64,000 nucleotides of DNA from an uncultured Nitrososphaerota archaeon (GTDB lineage Archaea > Thermoproteota > EX4484-205 > JAAOZP01), in NCBI GenBank assembly GCA_964416155.1, contig CAYQCW010000001.1:170943-234942 (forward strand). The letters run 5' to 3'. The position numbers were made by a program, and so were the translations under genes. Within the stretch, counting starts at the first letter, position 1; each line of letters starts with the position of its first letter. Shown here in pieces: positions 55,875 through 64,000 of the stretch. The notes under the pieces were generated by a model. It had not been told where the DNA came from and did not search any database. It worked only from the letters and a program-made list of their open reading frames with translations.

Positions 55875-57494
55875 ATGAGTTCCTCGCAAGTAAAGGTTAT
55901 TCCCTCGATAATTCTGAAAGAGGGAAGCAGGAGGAGCTTTGAAAAGGAGGCTCAGCTTTACAATCTTCTGGCATCAGAGGTGATTTTCGAAACCGTAAGG
56001 TCAGCCCTAGGCCCCCTAGGCTACAGGAAAATCCTTGTGGATACGTTCGGCGATACTACGATAACCGGCGACGGGGCGACGATAATGAGCGAGCTGGAGG
56101 TTGAGCATCCTGCTGCAAAGCTGATTGTGGATGCGGCTAAGTCTCAGAACAAGGAGGTTGGAGACGGGGTTACAAGCCTAGTGGTGTTGACCCATTTAAT
56201 GTTCAAGGAAGCCGATTCCCTTATGAAGATGGGAATACATCCCTCGATAATAATCGACGCGTATACTGAGGGGGTTAGGAAGGCTCTGGACGCTTTGAAG
56301 AGCGAGCTCGCCATCAAGATCGACCCGAGAGACCCTGACGTCTTAAGGAAAACAGTATTATCGGCAATACCCTTATCACTAAACACGGCGGTAAGGGAGA
56401 GACTCGCCGACATATCTGTTGAAGCAGTTAAAAAGATAATTGAGAAAGGCGTTGAGAACACTAGAGTTTTCGACGAATTCTTAAAAACCGAGAAGAAGAG
56501 TGGCGGTTCGATTCTAGACACCCAACTGGTGGAGGGTGTTGCACTTGACAAGGAGATTGTACATCCCGACATGCCTAAAAGGGTTGAGAACGCAAAGATA
56601 GCTCTCTTAGACATGCCGATTGAAGTTAAGAAGACTGAGACCGACGAGAGGCTGAAATTCAGCGACGCTAGAATGATCAGGGAATTCCTCAAGACGGAGC
56701 AGAAAATGATGAGCAACATTGTTAATAAGCTTTCAGAGTTGAAAGTTAACGTGGTTTTTGCCCAGAAGGGCATAGACGACTACGCCCAATATCTTTTGGC
56801 AAAGAAGGGAATAATGAGCCTGAGGAGAGTTAAGAAATCAGACATGGAGAAGCTCGCGCTCGCCACCGGGGCGAAAATCGTTAGTGTTCTGGAAGACTTG
56901 AGCGAGGATAAACTTGGGTTCGCAGGCATTGTGGAGGAGAGGAAAACAGGTGGAGAGAAATGGACGTTCGTCGAGCAGGTTCCGAACAAAGCGGTTCACA
57001 CGATCCTTGTGAGAGGGGAGAACGACAAGATTGTCGACGAGGCGGAGAGAATAGTTAAAAACTGCATTGCTGTTCAGAGGGCGCTTGTCGAGGAACCCGA
57101 CGTGCTGCCGGGTGGCGGAGCTGCTGAAGTCTTCCTCTCACGTAAACTTGCGGAGATGGCTAAGGGGGGAAAGGAGGGCATTGTGCTAGAATCATTAAGC
57201 AGAGTGTTCGACTCATACGTGAAGCAGATTGTAGCTAATTCAGGCGGGGATCCAGACGAGGTTTTAACCGAGCTTAAGGCAAGGCACGCTAAGGGGGAGA
57301 AGAGAAACGGTTTTGACGCTTTCAGCGGAAGAATCACGGATGTTATTGAAAAAGGCATTTTCGACTCTTTCAGGGTTAAGAAAATGGCATGCTTGGCTGC
57401 CCTTGAAACGGCCACCATGCTTCTAAGGGTGGACGACGTAATAATGGCGGCGAAAATGAAGCCTCCAAAGGGGAAGGAAGGCGGGGCGGAATAA
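55875..57494 (+). CDS. ths: Thermosome subunit (group II chaperonin)
   Basis: GPLGYRKILVDTFGDTTITGDGATI and VGDGVTS match the group II chaperonin signature. The start was taken at the ATG at 55875 rather than the GTG at 55866. Confidence 0.95.
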   Translation: MSSSQVKVIPSIILKEGSRRSFEKEAQLYNLLASEVIFETVRSALGPLGYRKILVDTFGDTTITGDGATIMSELEVEHPAAKLIVDAAKSQNKEVGDGVTSLVVLTHLMFKEADSLMKMGIHPSIIIDAYTEGVRKALDALKSELAIKIDPRDPDVLRKTVLSAIPLSLNTAVRERLADISVEAVKKIIEKGVENTRVFDEFLKTEKKSGGSILDTQLVEGVALDKEIVHPDMPKRVENAKIALLDMPIEVKKTETDERLKFSDARMIREFLKTEQKMMSNIVNKLSELKVNVVFAQKGIDDYAQYLLAKKGIMSLRRVKKSDMEKLALATGAKIVSVLEDLSEDKLGFAGIVEERKTGGEKWTFVEQVPNKAVHTILVRGENDKIVDEAERIVKNCIAVQRALVEEPDVLPGGGAAEVFLSRKLAEMAKGGKEGIVLESLSRVFDSYVKQIVANSGGDPDEVLTELKARHAKGEKRNGFDAFSGRITDVIEKGIFDSFRVKKMACLAALETATMLLRVDDVIMAAKMKPPKGKEGGAE

Positions 57495-57531
57495 TAGAAA
57501 TGACATTCAACATGGAAGTTGAAGCTAAACG

Positions 57532-57813
57532 TTGAGCATCTCATCTTTGAAAAACAGTATTGAGAAGAGAATTGAGGTTTCCAAAAAGAGGTTGACGAAG
57601 TTTGAGAAGGCGAGGATAATAGGTTTAAGATCTCTTGAACTATCTCTGGGCGCTCCCCCGTTGATACTCGTCGAGCAGAGCAGTAGGCTTAGTGCCGCCG
57701 AAATAGCGACGCAAGAGGTTGAGAAAAAGATCCTCCCGCTGATAATCGGCAGAAGGATGCCTGACGGAAGCTATGTTTATGTCCCGTTAAGCGACTTAGA
57801 AATAGAGGATTAA
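57532..57813 (+). CDS. rpoK: DNA-directed RNA polymerase subunit K (Rpo6)
   Basis: LTKFEKARIIGLRSLELSLGAPPLI matches the Rpo6/omega signature. The start is a TTG. Confidence 0.75.
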   Translation: MSISSLKNSIEKRIEVSKKRLTKFEKARIIGLRSLELSLGAPPLILVEQSSRLSAAEIATQEVEKKILPLIIGRRMPDGSYVYVPLSDLEIED

Positions 57814-57956
57814 AAACCGCCTATTAAGGCCAGTTAGGCACTTTTAAAGTCGGGACTCGAATGGAGCATTATTAAGCCTTTATACTGGTGAGCAGAAAGA
57901 TTTTTATTCTTGCTACTCAACCCTCCCTACGCAAGGAGGAGGTGTAAGAGTAAACC

Positions 57957-58253
57957 ATGTGCGCACAAACCACTGGACCGTCTCCTAACGTGGTGCTCGT
58001 AGGCAAGAAGCCAGCATTAGTATACGCGGTTGCTGCATTAATGCAGTTAACGTCTGAGCAGAACGAGGTCACCCTGAAGGCAAGGGGAAGAGCAATATCG
58101 AAGGCTGTTGACGTCGTGGAGATACTTAAAAGAAGGTTCCTCGGGAACCAGATGGTTCTGAAAAACGTTCAGATAGGCACGGAGACATTCCAGACACCGG
58201 ACAACAGGCAAAGGTTCATCTCGACAATAGAGATAACTGTTTCAAAGGCTTAA
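57957..58253 (+). CDS. albA: Alba DNA/RNA-binding protein
   Basis: NVVLVGKKPALVYAVAAL and LKARGRAISKAVDVVEI match Alba. There is an SD-like GGAGGAGGTG upstream, and the protein is 98 aa. Confidence 0.9.
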   Translation: MCAQTTGPSPNVVLVGKKPALVYAVAALMQLTSEQNEVTLKARGRAISKAVDVVEILKRRFLGNQMVLKNVQIGTETFQTPDNRQRFISTIEITVSKA

Positions 58254-58280
58254 AGAAAGCAAACTAACACAACCATCATT

Positions 58281-58290
58281 ATGTTTTTTA
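58281..58290. terminator. Oligo-T tract between convergent alba and acetyltransferase genes
   Basis: The T-run tgtttttta sits in a 64-bp convergent intergenic region. Confidence 0.25.
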
Positions 58291-58317
58291 ATGTCCCGAT
58301 TGCTCAGTTCCTCAGCT

Positions 58318-58815
58318 TTAACGAAGTTTTTTAACCATCAGCAACCCGGCTGTTCCATCCAAATAGTAATGAGGAATCTCGCGAACAACATGATAGCTAA
58401 GAGCCTTGTAAAGCCTAATCGCCTTCTCATTATTAACCCTTACCTCGAGGAAGCTCTCGTCGACAGAGTTGCGAATCATCTCATCCAACACTGAGGTCAT
58501 GAGGGTTTTCCCTATCCCCTTTCCGTGAAACTGCTTTTTAACGGCCAGACTCACCACATGGCCCTTTCTCACTATATTGAAGCCTCCTTCCGAGGGAAAG
58601 CCTGTTTCAATTCTGCACATTACATACCCGACGACTTCCCCGGTGCTAGCAAGAATCGCCACGAGGAAATAGTTTGGAAACCTTTCAAGCAGATCCATGA
58701 AGAAGGAAGGCGGATAGTTCTCAGGAAGCTCTAGCCTGTTTATCTCAATAACGCTCGGAAGATGCTCTGGCTCCGCATGCTTAATTACCACCTCGTCAGT
58801 CAAGGCGGCAACCAT
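58318..58815 (-). CDS. GNAT N-acetyltransferase (RimI/Ard1-like)
   Basis: It has the acetyl-CoA motif GHVVSLAVKKQFHGKGIGKTL. The start was placed at MVAALTDE, which also avoids overlap with the upstream gene. Confidence 0.75.
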   Translation of the reverse strand: MVAALTDEVVIKHAEPEHLPSVIEINRLELPENYPPSFFMDLLERFPNYFLVAILASTGEVVGYVMCRIETGFPSEGGFNIVRKGHVVSLAVKKQFHGKGIGKTLMTSVLDEMIRNSVDESFLEVRVNNEKAIRLYKALSYHVVREIPHYYLDGTAGLLMVKKLR

Positions 58816-58861
58816 TTTCCCGTGTCTTCCGAGCACACCGGCCTCTTTAAAACTATTATGC

Positions 58862-59875
58862 TTACTCTTTAAACGTGTTTTCAGGGGTCTCGGAACATAA
58901 AACAGTGAAGGAGGCATGGGTGACAATGCCTGTTTTCGAGCCCTTGGCTAGAAACAGGCGGGAAGCCCTGTAGGCGTCGAGAAGAGTATCGTGAGCCCTA
59001 CAGTCTAGAACGGTTCTGAGGAGAGACTCAGGAATCGCTGAAACCACGTGCACGGTTTTCCCGTTTAACAGGTTTCTGCAGAAACCAATGTACTTCGCTA
59101 TTAGAGGCGAATCCGGCGCAGCATTCTCAGCAACCATGTCTGGGGATAAGCCTAGGCCTTTCAGCCCTTCAATAGCAAGTATAATCCTGTCGCAATCCAC
59201 ACCCTGCAAGCAATTCGGGATTATTGTCATCGCTCTGCTTAAAGACTCGTCGAAAGGGGTTCCGCCGGCCGATGCTACGAGAATCTGGACGGAAGTTTGA
59301 GTCGAAACCAAGCTGGATTGAAGAATGCTTAACGCCTCGTAAGCCTCAACAGGGTTTCCTGAAATAACCTTTGGATCACCGGCCAGTGGAATAAGCAGAA
59401 TAACCTTCAGGTCAACATTATTGCGAAGCTCGCTTAAATAGGGTTTTAAATCGATTTTCCCGCCTGACTCAGCTGCTTCGAGAAAACCCGATGCAAACTC
59501 CTTCCAAAGCTCAGGGTAAAACGGGAAAAGATTCTCGCCCAAACCCCTAAACCCGATTAGAGGATCCGGGTGGGGACAGCTCACAAGGCAGACTGACCGC
59601 ATGGAATCCTCCATGGTTGAAACAGGGCTTAGCAAGTCGAAGCTTAACAGCTCCCTGAAGCTTCCTGCGATGCCCTCCTTTAAAACAGCTGGAAGCGTGG
59701 GATCCACGAGTAGAGCAGCCTCGCCCTTGACAGATTCTTTCAGAATGTTCTTCAAAGACGAAAGCAACATAGAGTAGTCGGAGACGAGTTCCCTGGATAC
59801 GACCCAGGCTAAATCCTCATGGTCAATCCTGATGCTTATGCTTGTCGACCCGTATGGCAACCAGACCGCTGGCAA
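58862..59875 (-). CDS. Hypothetical protein (N-terminus weakly resembles LarA/DUF2088 start)
   Basis: Only the first motif, MPAVWLPYGSTSISI, resembles the LarA N-terminal domain, and downstream LarA motifs were not recognised. The protein is 337 aa. Confidence 0.3.
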   Translation of the reverse strand: MPAVWLPYGSTSISIRIDHEDLAWVVSRELVSDYSMLLSSLKNILKESVKGEAALLVDPTLPAVLKEGIAGSFRELLSFDLLSPVSTMEDSMRSVCLVSCPHPDPLIGFRGLGENLFPFYPELWKEFASGFLEAAESGGKIDLKPYLSELRNNVDLKVILLIPLAGDPKVISGNPVEAYEALSILQSSLVSTQTSVQILVASAGGTPFDESLSRAMTIIPNCLQGVDCDRIILAIEGLKGLGLSPDMVAENAAPDSPLIAKYIGFCRNLLNGKTVHVVSAIPESLLRTVLDCRAHDTLLDAYRASRLFLAKGSKTGIVTHASFTVLCSETPENTFKE

Positions 59876-60023
59876 CCCTGCTCACCCCCAGGCTTGGAGA
59901 CGGGTAATGTGGTGCTTTTTAATAACTGTTTATGTTGAAAAAACAGGGTTAAGACACTTTGTCAAACATTTTTAGCTTTTCTTGGAAAAAGTTAAATAGG
60001 ATTAATTAGATAATAAAGGGCGT

Positions 60024-60458
60024 ATGTTTAGCTGGGAGTCGGACTTTGAAGAAGCGGTGAAGACAGTAAATATTTACCGTAAAAAACTTCAAACTTTGAA
60101 AACAATGAGGGAAACAGGGAAAATATCCGATAAAACAGCCGATTTCCTACAGAAAGAGTTTGAAAACTATGTGAAGGCCATCGAGGCGAAGAAGCAGACA
60201 GTCATGGAGAAGCTTGCGAACAGGATGAAGGAGGTTCAGCAGCAGATAGACATTATAGAGAAGCTGACAGCTAACAACGAGATCAGGTACTCAGCGCAGG
60301 AGATTGCGGACGAAAGATATAACAAAATAGCCATTGCGCTGAACTACGCTATGGAGGAGAGCAGGAACGAGTATGAAAGCTTGAAGGAAGCCATGGCTAT
60401 ACTGGAGAAGCTGCCTGACCTTATGAGTCAAAGCGAAAGCGAACCCGTTGAAACCTAG
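60024..60458 (+). CDS. Hypothetical coiled-coil protein
   Basis: A 144-aa ORF with heptad periodicity. Confidence 0.3.
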   Translation: MFSWESDFEEAVKTVNIYRKKLQTLKTMRETGKISDKTADFLQKEFENYVKAIEAKKQTVMEKLANRMKEVQQQIDIIEKLTANNEIRYSAQEIADERYNKIAIALNYAMEESRNEYESLKEAMAILEKLPDLMSQSESEPVET

Positions 60459-60787
60459 GAAGCCACTCCGGATTCCTTAGATACTTTTTCAAGCCTTATG
60501 CCCTTGTCGAATACTAATTCATATATTTGGTTTATCTGAGGGCTTCCAAGAGCCCTGTACTCGCTCTCCGTGAGATAGACTATCAGCCGGGGGCTCCCAT
60601 GCCTCGGCATGAGCCCAGCTTGCTGAAGACTGTTTAAAACACCCCTAACCATCTCCTGCGCGTACAGAACATCCTCAGAAGACTTGTCGAAAACGCCTGA
60701 AGGGGCTATCGACGTGAAGTCCACCCTCACACCCGGCTCGCCCTCAACCTCAACGCTGCCTATGAAAGTTACTTTAACCCTAACCAT
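60455..60787 (-). CDS. Hypothetical protein
   Basis: The start was chosen at MVRVKVTF inside the 129-aa ORF. Confidence 0.3.
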   Translation of the reverse strand: MVRVKVTFIGSVEVEGEPGVRVDFTSIAPSGVFDKSSEDVLYAQEMVRGVLNSLQQAGLMPRHGSPRLIVYLTESEYRALGSPQINQIYELVFDKGIRLEKVSKESGVAS

Positions 60788-60895
60788 CGTCCAAACATCC
60801 CCAAACCGCCTAATAAAGTTATCCCGGCAGTATTGATTAAGCATTTCCCCCTCAGCAAACGTTTTTAAGCAGAATGGTGTAAGCTAGGCCTTTGA

Positions 60896-62215
60896 ATGTT
60901 AATGATTAGAGAAAAGGATTTTGAAGATAATGAGGAGGAGAGGACGAGGGCTGTTGACACGCTCCTTAAACTAAGCAAGCAGAAGCATGACCCGGATGCT
61001 TGGAGGATGCTGAAGGAAATACTCTACCCCCCCAGAAAGCTGGATGTCGACGTGATTATAGATGACACTACTCTAAGAGAGGGTCTCCAGATGGCTGGCT
61101 TGACAACGCCGGCACCTGAGGACCTAGCCGAGATAGGTAGGCTGCTCTACGAGATCGGTGTTGAGAGAATAGAGGCCATGACATACACTCCGACCGATAG
61201 GGATGCGATAAGGATGATGATTGACAATGGACTCGGAGGGATTCTTGCAGGATGGAGTAGGGCTGACAAGCACGATGTAGACGAGATTCTCAAGCTGGAT
61301 TTGAAACAGATAGGGATAAGCTACCCCGTTTCATACTATCATTTCGCTAAATGGCCCGGCGAGCATATCTACAATCTCGTGAGCAAAGTGGTTGAGACCG
61401 TAGAGTACGCTGTAGACCATGGTTTAAAGGTTTTCGTGCATGGAGAGGATAGCACGAGGGCAGACTGGGGTTTTGAGAGAAAGTTTGTGAACGCTGTTGC
61501 AGAGGCGGGTGCAGAGGTTTACAGAATATGCGACACAGTGGGAGTCGGGTGCTCCCTTCCAGACCATCCTCTTCCAAACGGGATACCTGCGAAGATTAAA
61601 CATTTGAAAAAAGAAACTAGAATTAAGAGTCTAGAGATACATGCTCACGACGACTTGGGGAACGCTGTGGAGAACACGATGGCTGCTATAAGGACAGCCT
61701 CAGGGCTGTATGAAAAGTTTTACGTTAGCACGACATTCCTAGGCATAGGGGAGAGGTCTGGCAATGCTGAGACTGAAAAAATAATACTCAACCTGTATAT
61801 TCACCATGGTCTTGAAAAGTGGAACCTATCCTTTTTGAGAGAAACGGCGAACTTCATAGCTACAGCACTGAACTACCATCTTCCAACAAACAAAGCTATA
61901 GTTGGAGACTCAGCGTTCGCCCACGAGTCAGGCATCCACCTGCAGGGAATAAGGATCGCACCAGCGATATACGAGGTATTCCCACCGGAGCTAGTGGGGC
62001 AGACGAGGAAGATCATAATTGGGAGGAGAACCGGGAAGCATGGAATAGTTTTAAAGCTCAGGGAACTCGTAAACCAAGATGTTGACGAGGACGACCCGAG
62101 GCTTAAGAAGCTGGTGGAGCTCGTAAGAAACAGCCTTCTCCAGGTTGACAGAAAATACTATTTAACCGAGGAGGAATTCAAAAAGCTCGCGAGTGAAGCA
62201 GGCTTCAACGTTTAG
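60896..62215 (+). CDS. Homocitrate/2-isopropylmalate synthase family enzyme (DRE-TIM metallolyase), divergent
   Basis: IDDTTLREGLQ and IHAHDDLGNAVENTMAAI identify the family. The protein is 439 aa, with no LeuA-type C-terminal regulatory domain and a roughly 40-aa N-terminal extension. Confidence 0.75.
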   Translation: MLMIREKDFEDNEEERTRAVDTLLKLSKQKHDPDAWRMLKEILYPPRKLDVDVIIDDTTLREGLQMAGLTTPAPEDLAEIGRLLYEIGVERIEAMTYTPTDRDAIRMMIDNGLGGILAGWSRADKHDVDEILKLDLKQIGISYPVSYYHFAKWPGEHIYNLVSKVVETVEYAVDHGLKVFVHGEDSTRADWGFERKFVNAVAEAGAEVYRICDTVGVGCSLPDHPLPNGIPAKIKHLKKETRIKSLEIHAHDDLGNAVENTMAAIRTASGLYEKFYVSTTFLGIGERSGNAETEKIILNLYIHHGLEKWNLSFLRETANFIATALNYHLPTNKAIVGDSAFAHESGIHLQGIRIAPAIYEVFPPELVGQTRKIIIGRRTGKHGIVLKLRELVNQDVDEDDPRLKKLVELVRNSLLQVDRKYYLTEEEFKKLASEAGFNV

Positions 62216-63872
62216 AGTATTTCTCCACGAGAGGAGTTAAATCTATCTCGAACCCGGCTGCAGGATTGTCTAAACCGTTCAACTCCAGCACCTCGGGATG
62301 AACCTCGCCAACAACCCCCAGTGGGCTACTGTTGAAAACAATTTTCGCAACCCTGCCCAGCGTAAACAAGGGGTCCTCACCCTTTTCGAACAAGACTGGT
62401 TCAACACACAGGCTGCTCAGCAGACTCAGGACGACTGACTTAGCCTCTGAGAAAGAGGCTGAAGAGTGCACCGATACTCCCGCCAGCGAGACCCGTGTAA
62501 CCACAGACCCTTCTTCAGAGACCCTTACAACAGGACCTGTTTCAAAAATCCTCTGAGGGTACTTCTCATGCTTATTGGAAGAGAGATTTCTTATCAAGCC
62601 TGGGAGGAGGGAATCCCTGAGCATTGTGAGCTCAACGCTGGAGGAGTTTGCCAGCCTAGCCCTCTCGCCAACAGGTCTCCTAACCATGCGGTAGTTCTGA
62701 TCCTCGTTAGTAATCAGGAAGTTGAAAACCTCAGTGAAGCCCAGACCTATCATGATTAGCCTAGCCTTGTCCTGAACCATCGTCTCAGGATGCTTCAAGC
62801 CTATTGTGGAAGCTCCAGGGTAGGTCTGGGTCAGCCTCCAAAGGCCGTACCCTATGGCGACCTCCTCAACAAGGTCGACGTTATGCATTATGTCAACCCT
62901 GTAGGGGGGAACCCCCATCTTGAACACGTTCCCGTCGTTCACCACTGAAAATCTGCATTTCAGGAAGCTCCTGTAGATCTCAGCGTTGCTAAGATTCTCC
63001 CCGAGGAGAGAATTAATATAGCTCGCTTCAACACTCATAGTCTTAGGCGTGAAATCCGGAAAAGTTTTCTCAGAGCCGTCGTCGTAAACTATCTTCACCG
63101 CCTCGATGTTCCCCCCCATGTCTTTAAACACGTATAGAAGTATGTTCAGAGCTCTGGAAGCATAATACTCATCTAAGGCGGTTACGTCTATGAAGAGGTT
63201 TCTAGTCTCAGGGGTTAAGCGAGTCAGCTCAGAGTTTATTATCGGCGGGAAGGATAAAACCTCCCCGGTGGAATCAACTATCACAGGATACTTGTCAAAC
63301 CGCTTGATAATATGGCCATATTCTAAACCCTTGTCAACCTCTTTCAAAACCTCGTTCAAAGTCATTCTCCTTTCTATTCCAAGCGGCTTAAACGAAACCG
63401 CGTCGGGGTCTGCAGCCATGTAGTAGACCGAGGGCCTAATCCTATCCAAGTCATGTATGCCGATTGAGACCTTACGCCTATTCCTGCCAATACCCTGATG
63501 CAGGACCTCTTGAACATTAATCACCTCCTTCAAATCCTCCTCGGCGAGTTCCACGTTCCTCACCACAGCGGAGCATAAGACACCCCTGATCCCTCTGAGC
63601 CTGCTGTCAAAGTGAAACTCTATCGTGGGACTTGAGAAAACAGCTTCAGGATAGCCTAGCCTGATTTCAAGGAACCCCGCATACGCCCTAGCGATGCCTG
63701 CGTGACTCGAGAAATCCGGCCTGTTCGGATTATACTCTATTTTGACGAACCCTTCGCCAACATCCTCAATGTCTGTCGCGAGCCACGGCAGGTCTTCGAC
63801 AAGCTGCTTCAACCCAACGTCAATCCCCAGGAACCTGCTCAGCCTCTCAGGGTAAACCTCTATCACAGGCAT
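62205..63872 (-). CDS. pheT: Phenylalanyl-tRNA synthetase beta subunit (archaeal type)
   Basis: This 555-aa protein has the archaeal PheT N-terminus [11 protein letters not shown]. It is followed upstream by a pheS C-terminus on the same strand. Confidence 0.9.
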   Translation of the reverse strand: MPVIEVYPERLSRFLGIDVGLKQLVEDLPWLATDIEDVGEGFVKIEYNPNRPDFSSHAGIARAYAGFLEIRLGYPEAVFSSPTIEFHFDSRLRGIRGVLCSAVVRNVELAEEDLKEVINVQEVLHQGIGRNRRKVSIGIHDLDRIRPSVYYMAADPDAVSFKPLGIERRMTLNEVLKEVDKGLEYGHIIKRFDKYPVIVDSTGEVLSFPPIINSELTRLTPETRNLFIDVTALDEYYASRALNILLYVFKDMGGNIEAVKIVYDDGSEKTFPDFTPKTMSVEASYINSLLGENLSNAEIYRSFLKCRFSVVNDGNVFKMGVPPYRVDIMHNVDLVEEVAIGYGLWRLTQTYPGASTIGLKHPETMVQDKARLIMIGLGFTEVFNFLITNEDQNYRMVRRPVGERARLANSSSVELTMLRDSLLPGLIRNLSSNKHEKYPQRIFETGPVVRVSEEGSVVTRVSLAGVSVHSSASFSEAKSVVLSLLSSLCVEPVLFEKGEDPLFTLGRVAKIVFNSSPLGVVGEVHPEVLELNGLDNPAAGFEIDLTPLVEKYSKR

Positions 63873-64000
63873 AGCTTAACCCTCCTCAGCCAGCCTAAAT
63901 CGTTCTGGTAGAGGATGCGAATATCAGTAACGCCTAGCTTAAGCATCAGTAAACGCTCCAACCCGCCGCCCCAAGCAAGAACAGGATGATCAATACCGAG
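63869..64000 (-). CDS. pheS: Phenylalanyl-tRNA synthetase alpha subunit, C-terminal fragment (runs off the window)
   Basis: The reverse-strand translation ..[38 protein letters not shown] ends at a stop overlapping the pheT start. Confidence 0.65.

Noticed and set aside
56144-56773. 209-codon minus-strand ORF within the thermosome gene
   Set aside because: It is antisense to the highly conserved chaperonin and its translation is low-complexity S/L/F-rich.
1-64000. CRISPR arrays, rRNA operons, inteins
   Set aside because: No regularly spaced direct repeats, no rRNA-like stretches, and no oversized insertions with intein motifs in the large informational proteins (PurL, Cdc48, Lhr, ligase).

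Overview
This is a densely coding archaeal chromosomal segment of about 50% GC. Protein hallmarks point to a thermophilic TACK/Crenarchaeota-like organism: thermosome, Alba, RpoK, ribosomal protein S25e, archaeal-type TrpRS, PheT and DNA ligase, H+-pyrophosphatase. No rRNA genes, canonical tRNA genes or CRISPR arrays were recognised. Gene names and products below are assigned by eye from conserved protein motifs, with no tools, so they are approximate.

Main contents:
1. A purine-biosynthesis supercluster on the minus strand (purQ-purL-purS-purE-small ORF-purD-purF-like-purF, a 1.25 kb gap, purC, then purM), with a radical-SAM activase at its 3' end and YbjQ plus twin stand-alone RAM-domain genes inserted on the opposite strand.
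2. argG, an HtrA-like protease, trpS, a geranylgeranyl reductase and an SPL-like radical SAM gene at the 5' end.
3. A translationally coupled membrane metalloprotease (M48/HtpX-like with an unknown N-terminal domain) and a C39-like cysteine peptidase, followed by a DUF89-family gene.
4. hppA (membrane H+-PPase), bracketed by two paralogous xylose-isomerase-like TIM-barrel genes.
5. A DtxR/MntR-regulated metal ABC uptake operon.
6. A roughly 1.2 kb AT-rich island with small, partly frameshifted ORFs and a perfect 21-bp palindrome.
7. A DNA-repair neighbourhood: cdc48, ATP-dependent DNA ligase, YkgJ-like Fe-S protein, a metallophosphoesterase coupled to an Lhr-type helicase, a DUF429-like nuclease and TatD.
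8. A large, heavily sequon-decorated, Ig-repeat surface protein.
9. Mut7-C/CBS proteins, S25e, thermosome, rpoK, alba, an N-acetyltransferase, a divergent homocitrate/isopropylmalate-synthase-family enzyme, and pheT with a partial pheS.

The most unusual sequence-level observations are a small internally duplicated gene broken by a 29-bp tandem duplication, a PurF paralog with Thr in place of the catalytic N-terminal Cys, and a hairpin-rich non-coding stretch inside the pur cluster.
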